From NCBI RefSeq assembly GCF_001194135.2, contig NC_068995.1, positions 57,316,528-57,356,499 on the forward strand: a stretch of DNA of 39,972 nt, read 5' to 3'. A model generated the notes under the pieces. It searched no databases and was not told the DNA's origin. It was given only the letters and a program-made list of their open reading frames with translations. The DNA comes from Octopus bimaculoides. Lineage: Eukaryota. A program made the translations under genes and the position numbers. Numbering within the stretch: the first letter of the stretch is position 1; the number at the start of each line of letters is the position of its first letter. This document shows, in pieces, positions 35,622 to 39,972 of the stretch.

Positions 35622-36383
35622 GCCTTAGCCTAGCTGAAGCTAGGCGCTTGGTTTTCGCTTCAGGCTGACATATACCCATGATTGTACGTACGTACGTATC
35701 CCACAGTCTGTTATTTAGAAAGAAACTACTACTATTTTCTGACTATCTTGTTTGCTTGTTGCCATACATTATTGCACTGCTAACAGTACAGTTCTGGCTG
35801 CTGATGGCGCTGATGGTGCCACACCACCACCACTGCTGCTACCACTGCTGATGGTGCCGCTCCATTACTGCTGCTGCTGCTGATGGTGATGGGTGTGCTG
35901 CTGTTAATAGTGATTCTTTGGAAAATACATCCAAACACACACGCATCTAGTTCTCATCTTTGGTCTAGCAGATGTTATTATATAAGCAGGCTGCCATGGA
36001 GATAGATGCTATTATAGAGCAGGAACTAACTGAAGGTAGAAATACCCTAGTTGGGAATCTCTTGACAACACAATCATCTTTCTGGGTTTTGTTCCGTTTT
36101 TGGTTTTTCTTTTTTAATATTTTTCCTCTTCCTTGTCCGACGCCTAATCTCTCATTCGCTCCTTTAATTTAATCCCCTTTCTTTTTCCTTGTTTTCCATT
36201 ACCTTTTCCTTTGTCGATCTTTCCTTCTACTTCTCCCCTATCTTCCAAGTCTTGTTTTCCTTTGCTACTCCAGAGAGACAGCAGCAGCAGCAGCAAGCTT
36301 GTCCAGGACAGAGACTCTCCTTTTTCTATATTATATGTCTCCCTGTCCCTTCATTCTTTTCTGCTGAAATGAGTCACTCTTTC

Positions 36384-36445
<62 letters not shown>

Positions 36446-36999
36446 CAGTAACCCCCACCTCTTCTCCCCCCTCCAATCATCATGTCTATAGCAATTAATA
36501 TTATAATAGTACAGAGTTGAATTGATATAGTTTTTCTTTTGATTATTCCAAAGACACCAACGTAATTTCATTAACTTTACATTCACTTCTACACTTCCAC
36601 CCCACCCCCTCATTTCATTGTTGAGGTAAATTATCAGAGGATTAAACAACATTGAGTAATCTTCAACGATGGAACTGCGTGTTAACAGTAAGGTAGTAGG
36701 GATCCACTTTTGGTTGTTCGGTGAAGCAATTTGCCTGCTACGTAGCTATGACTATGAAATTATTTCCCATATACAGCATTTAACTATTTCACTAGAATCA
36801 GTCTTCCCTAGAATCCCTCCCATCCCCACTCTTTGATGCACTTGTACAAAATTTGGGATTGGTTCAACAGGAAGTAGGGTGTTAGGATAAAAGCTCATCT
36901 TTTTTTTCACATCTTTAAATCTATTTGATATTTCTATAACCCTGACTTGATAATCACACTGGACCATTGGGCCATTCATAAATCAAATCTCACCTTGAA

Positions 37000-37112
37000 G
37001 ACGGATTAGCTAAAGAGAGGGGAGGTTGTACCTGGTTGTGCTACCTGCTAGAAATAGCAATCAAATTTCCTTCAGATTACTCATTACCATCTTGGAAAGA
37101 AGGTACACATTC
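37000..37112 (+). repeat. Dispersed repeat family C
   Basis: CTACCTGCTAGAAATAGCAATCAAATTTCCTTCAGATTAC...CATCTTGGAAAGAAGGTACACATT. Confidence 0.55.
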
Positions 37113-37307
37113 AATTAAGTATTGGGCAAAATATACCAAACGTGAAAAAAAACAAGAAAAGAAAGTATTGGAATGGTTATAGCTGGACTTTTTTTTATCA
37201 TAGATCTAATCATCCAGGTTTGGTTTGAGATTAAACAACAACAACGTGATGGACAGTGAACATAACATACCAAGTACTGAAACTTGGTGTCCATTTGCTA
37301 AGAATTT

Positions 37308-38057
37308 CATCGGTCACCCCCATAGCATCAGTCACCCCCCACAGCATCAGTCACCCCCCCCNNNNNNNNNNNNNNNNNNNNNNNNNNNNNNNNNNNNNNN
37401 NNNNNNNNNNNNNNNNNNNNNNNNNNNNNNNNNNNNNNNNNNNNNNNNNNNNNNNNNNNNNNNNNNNNNNNNNNNNNNNNNNNNNNNNNNNNNNNNNNNN
37501 NNNNNNNNNNNNNNNNNNNNNNNNNNNNNNNNNNNNNNNNNNNNNNNNNNNNNNNNNNNNNNNNNNNNNNNNNNNNNNNNNNNNNNNNNNNNNNNNNNNN
37601 NNNNNNNNNNNNNNNNNNNNNNNNNNNNNNNNNNNNNNNNNNNNNNNNNNNNNNNNNNNNNNNNNNNNNNNNNNNNNNNNNNNNNNNNNNNNNNNNNNNN
37701 NNNNNNNNNNNNNNNNNNNNNNNNNNNNNNNNNNNNNNNNNNNNNNNNNNNNNNNNNNNNNNNNNNNNNNNNNNNNNNNNNNNNNNNNNNNNNNNNNNNN
37801 NNNNNNNNNNNNNNNNNNNNNNNNNNNNNNNNNNNNNNNNNNNNNNNNNNNNNNNNNNNNNNNNNNNNNNNNNNNNNNNNNNNNNNNNNNNNNNNNNNNN
37901 NNNNNNNNNNNNNNNNNNNNNNNNNNNNNNNNNNNNNNNNNNNNNNNTAGCATAGGTCATCCCCACAGCATCAGTCACCCCCTCCATAGCATCGGTCATC
38001 CCCACAGCATCAGTCACCCCCCCCCCATAGCATTAGTCACCGCCCCCTAGCATCAGT
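37308..38057 (+). repeat. ~18-21-bp C-rich minisatellite (CATCAGTCACCCCCATAG-like) spanning an assembly gap
   Basis: Same unit on both sides of the N-run 37362-37947, with variable C-run length. Confidence 0.85.
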
Positions 38058-38639
38058 TTGTTTCAGCAGGTTCTGACTGATAACAAGCAATATACTTCGA
38101 TTCAAATATCACAAGTTGTGGCTCAAATACTTTTCCAATAATTTTTGTTAAACTTTTCGATTAAAGGGTCTGAGACTCTTGCTCTAAATGTGTGGTACTT
38201 GGGTCTGGTTTAGGATCGTGTGTGTGTGTTACAGGGTCCATCCCTGTAGTAGCTATCAGTTTGATAACCATTTATTTGTGGTAGCTGCTATATGTGCTAT
38301 ATGTCACTGCGGCTCAGTGACCCCTGGATGTGTGGTATTTCAGTCTGATTTCGGACTCTCTGTGTTCCAAACACCATCCATGTATTTGTTACCAGTTTGA
38401 AGTGTATCACAGCAAACGACATGTGTGTGTGTGTATTAAGTGGTATCCAGTGGGATCTAACAGACTTACATGAAAGGAAAGAATGGAAGTGACACAATTT
38501 AATCACCTATAATATTGATTGCTCGCACAGATGAAAGAACACACATTTTTGGAGTAAGTCTGTACTCAGTGATGGGCAGCAAATCGATTCAGTTATTAGA
38601 GCATCAGATAGATTACCTTGCAGTATTCATTCCAAATCT

Positions 38640-38700
38640 GTTTTCAAATAGCACCGAGATCAGTTTTGCTTTTCATCCTTTCAGGGTCTATGAAGTCCTG
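38640..38700 (+). mobile_element. SINE family A, core fragment
   Basis: TTCAAATAGCACCGAGATCAGTTTTGCTTTTCATCCTTTCAGGGTC. Confidence 0.6.
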
Positions 38701-38929
38701 GGTATTATTTCTTGTGTGTGTTTCTCTCTCCTTCTGCAAGAAATCAGGTTTCTAAAGGGAAGGGTTCTACTTCACATATGTCACCCCCACTGACTTACTT
38801 AGGAGGTGAGGGCCTAAGGGCAAGACAAGGCAATTGTTGATTATATTGGTTCCAATACTTGACTTAGAACTTTCACAAGTCCTACAACTCATAAAGCCAA
38901 AGCTTAACCTGATTTTCATGGGGTGCTGG

Positions 38930-39060
38930 CATGTCATCCCAGTAAATGACTGGTACTGTGTTAATACTTTGCAATTTATTGTATCAGCCTTGGAAAGATG
39001 AAAGGCAAAGTTAGCCTTGGTGAGATTTGATCCCTGAATGTAAAGATATGCAATTACATT
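38930..39060 (-). mobile_element. SINE family A, fragment
   Basis: CCCAGTAAATGACTGGTAC...GGAAAGATGAAAGGCAAAGTTAGCCTTGGTGAGATTTGA. Confidence 0.6.
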
Positions 39061-39124
39061 CTGACAAGTATGTTGTTTGGTGCCTGACCAATTCTGATGA
39101 GCCTCTATCCTTACCTATCTTCTA

Positions 39125-39445
39125 TCTATTACTTATTTCATTCATTGGGCTGTGACCATGCTGGGACACTATCTCAAAGGGCTCAGTCAAGCAAATCGAA
39201 TCCTGGACTTATTTTTTCATTCTGTCAGTCTCTTGTGTTGAAACTGCTAAGTTACGGGGACATAAACAAAGCAACACTGGTTGTCCAATGATAAAGGAAG
39301 GACAAACACAAAGACATGTGTGACTACCAAATTCACTCACAGGGCATGGCATTGGTTGGACTGGGGGTATAGTAGAAGGTGCTCTGCAATGGGACTGAAC
39401 CCAGAACCACGTAGTTGCAAAGCCAACTTCTTCACCACACACACA
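39125..39445 (-). mobile_element. SINE family B, near full length
   Basis: The head (GGGACTGAACCCAGAACCACGTAGTTGCAAAGCCAACTTCTTCACCACAC on +) and the tail (CTGCTAAGTTACGGGGACATAAAC; GTGACCATGCTGGGACAC on +) lie in the correct order on the minus strand. Confidence 0.8.
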
Positions 39446-39972
39446 CATGCCTCAGCCTGCATCACAATAATCTATATATAAAACTAACCTAAATTTAGAC
39501 ATGATGCAGTGTCCTGTAAGAAGACGTCAGATTTTCAGGACTTTGCTGATGTAATTCAGTCTCATGTAGCAGCCTCCTCCTATTAGCTTCATCTTTTACA
39601 GCTAGCCCCATGGGTCAGACTTTGGTGCAGAGGTAGAAACTGAACTCAGAATTGTTGATTACATTGCTTAAAACAGGGGACTGACTGACCGATTTTACGG
39701 TACCTCTTAACAGCTAGGCGAACTGGGACATTTAAAGATAAATATCGATGCCAAAATTCAGTGCAACAGTGTACGTAGAAAGTGATACAAATCTTTTGAA
39801 CCCGAGGCGAGTTGGCTGACATTTTGCTCAGTCACCCAGCTGTAAACACACCCGCCCCCGTGCATGCGGCTGCGGATTCTTTTAAAAACGTTCTCATTCA
39901 ATATTTATATATTCTTTAAACATGCCACATTTTGTCTAGGCCTATATCTGTATGTAAGCACGTGCGCACGTG

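Overview
AT-rich, microsatellite-dense, gapped eukaryotic DNA. The interspersed repeats match, from my recall, the abundant tRNA-derived SINE families of Octopus, so this is most likely an octopus draft assembly (e.g. O. bimaculoides); that is an inference, not a database result. I cannot support any protein-coding gene, rRNA, tRNA or CRISPR array: almost all listed ORFs are translated microsatellites, SINE pieces or N-gaps. The window looks intergenic or intronic. It holds about 25 fragments of at least three SINE or dispersed-repeat families, a decayed RTE-clade LINE 3' end, a TTAA-ended MITE-like fragment, three minisatellites and eight assembly gaps. The most interesting signal is two unrelated short repeats that each carry a minimal type I hammerhead ribozyme fold of the kind known from Penelope-like element terminal repeats. 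One is near-canonical (31806-31851, CUGAUGA core, palindromic AACGUU stem III). The other is a variant with a CUGUCGA core (15981-16016). Boundaries of old repeats are approximate (about +/-15 nt).
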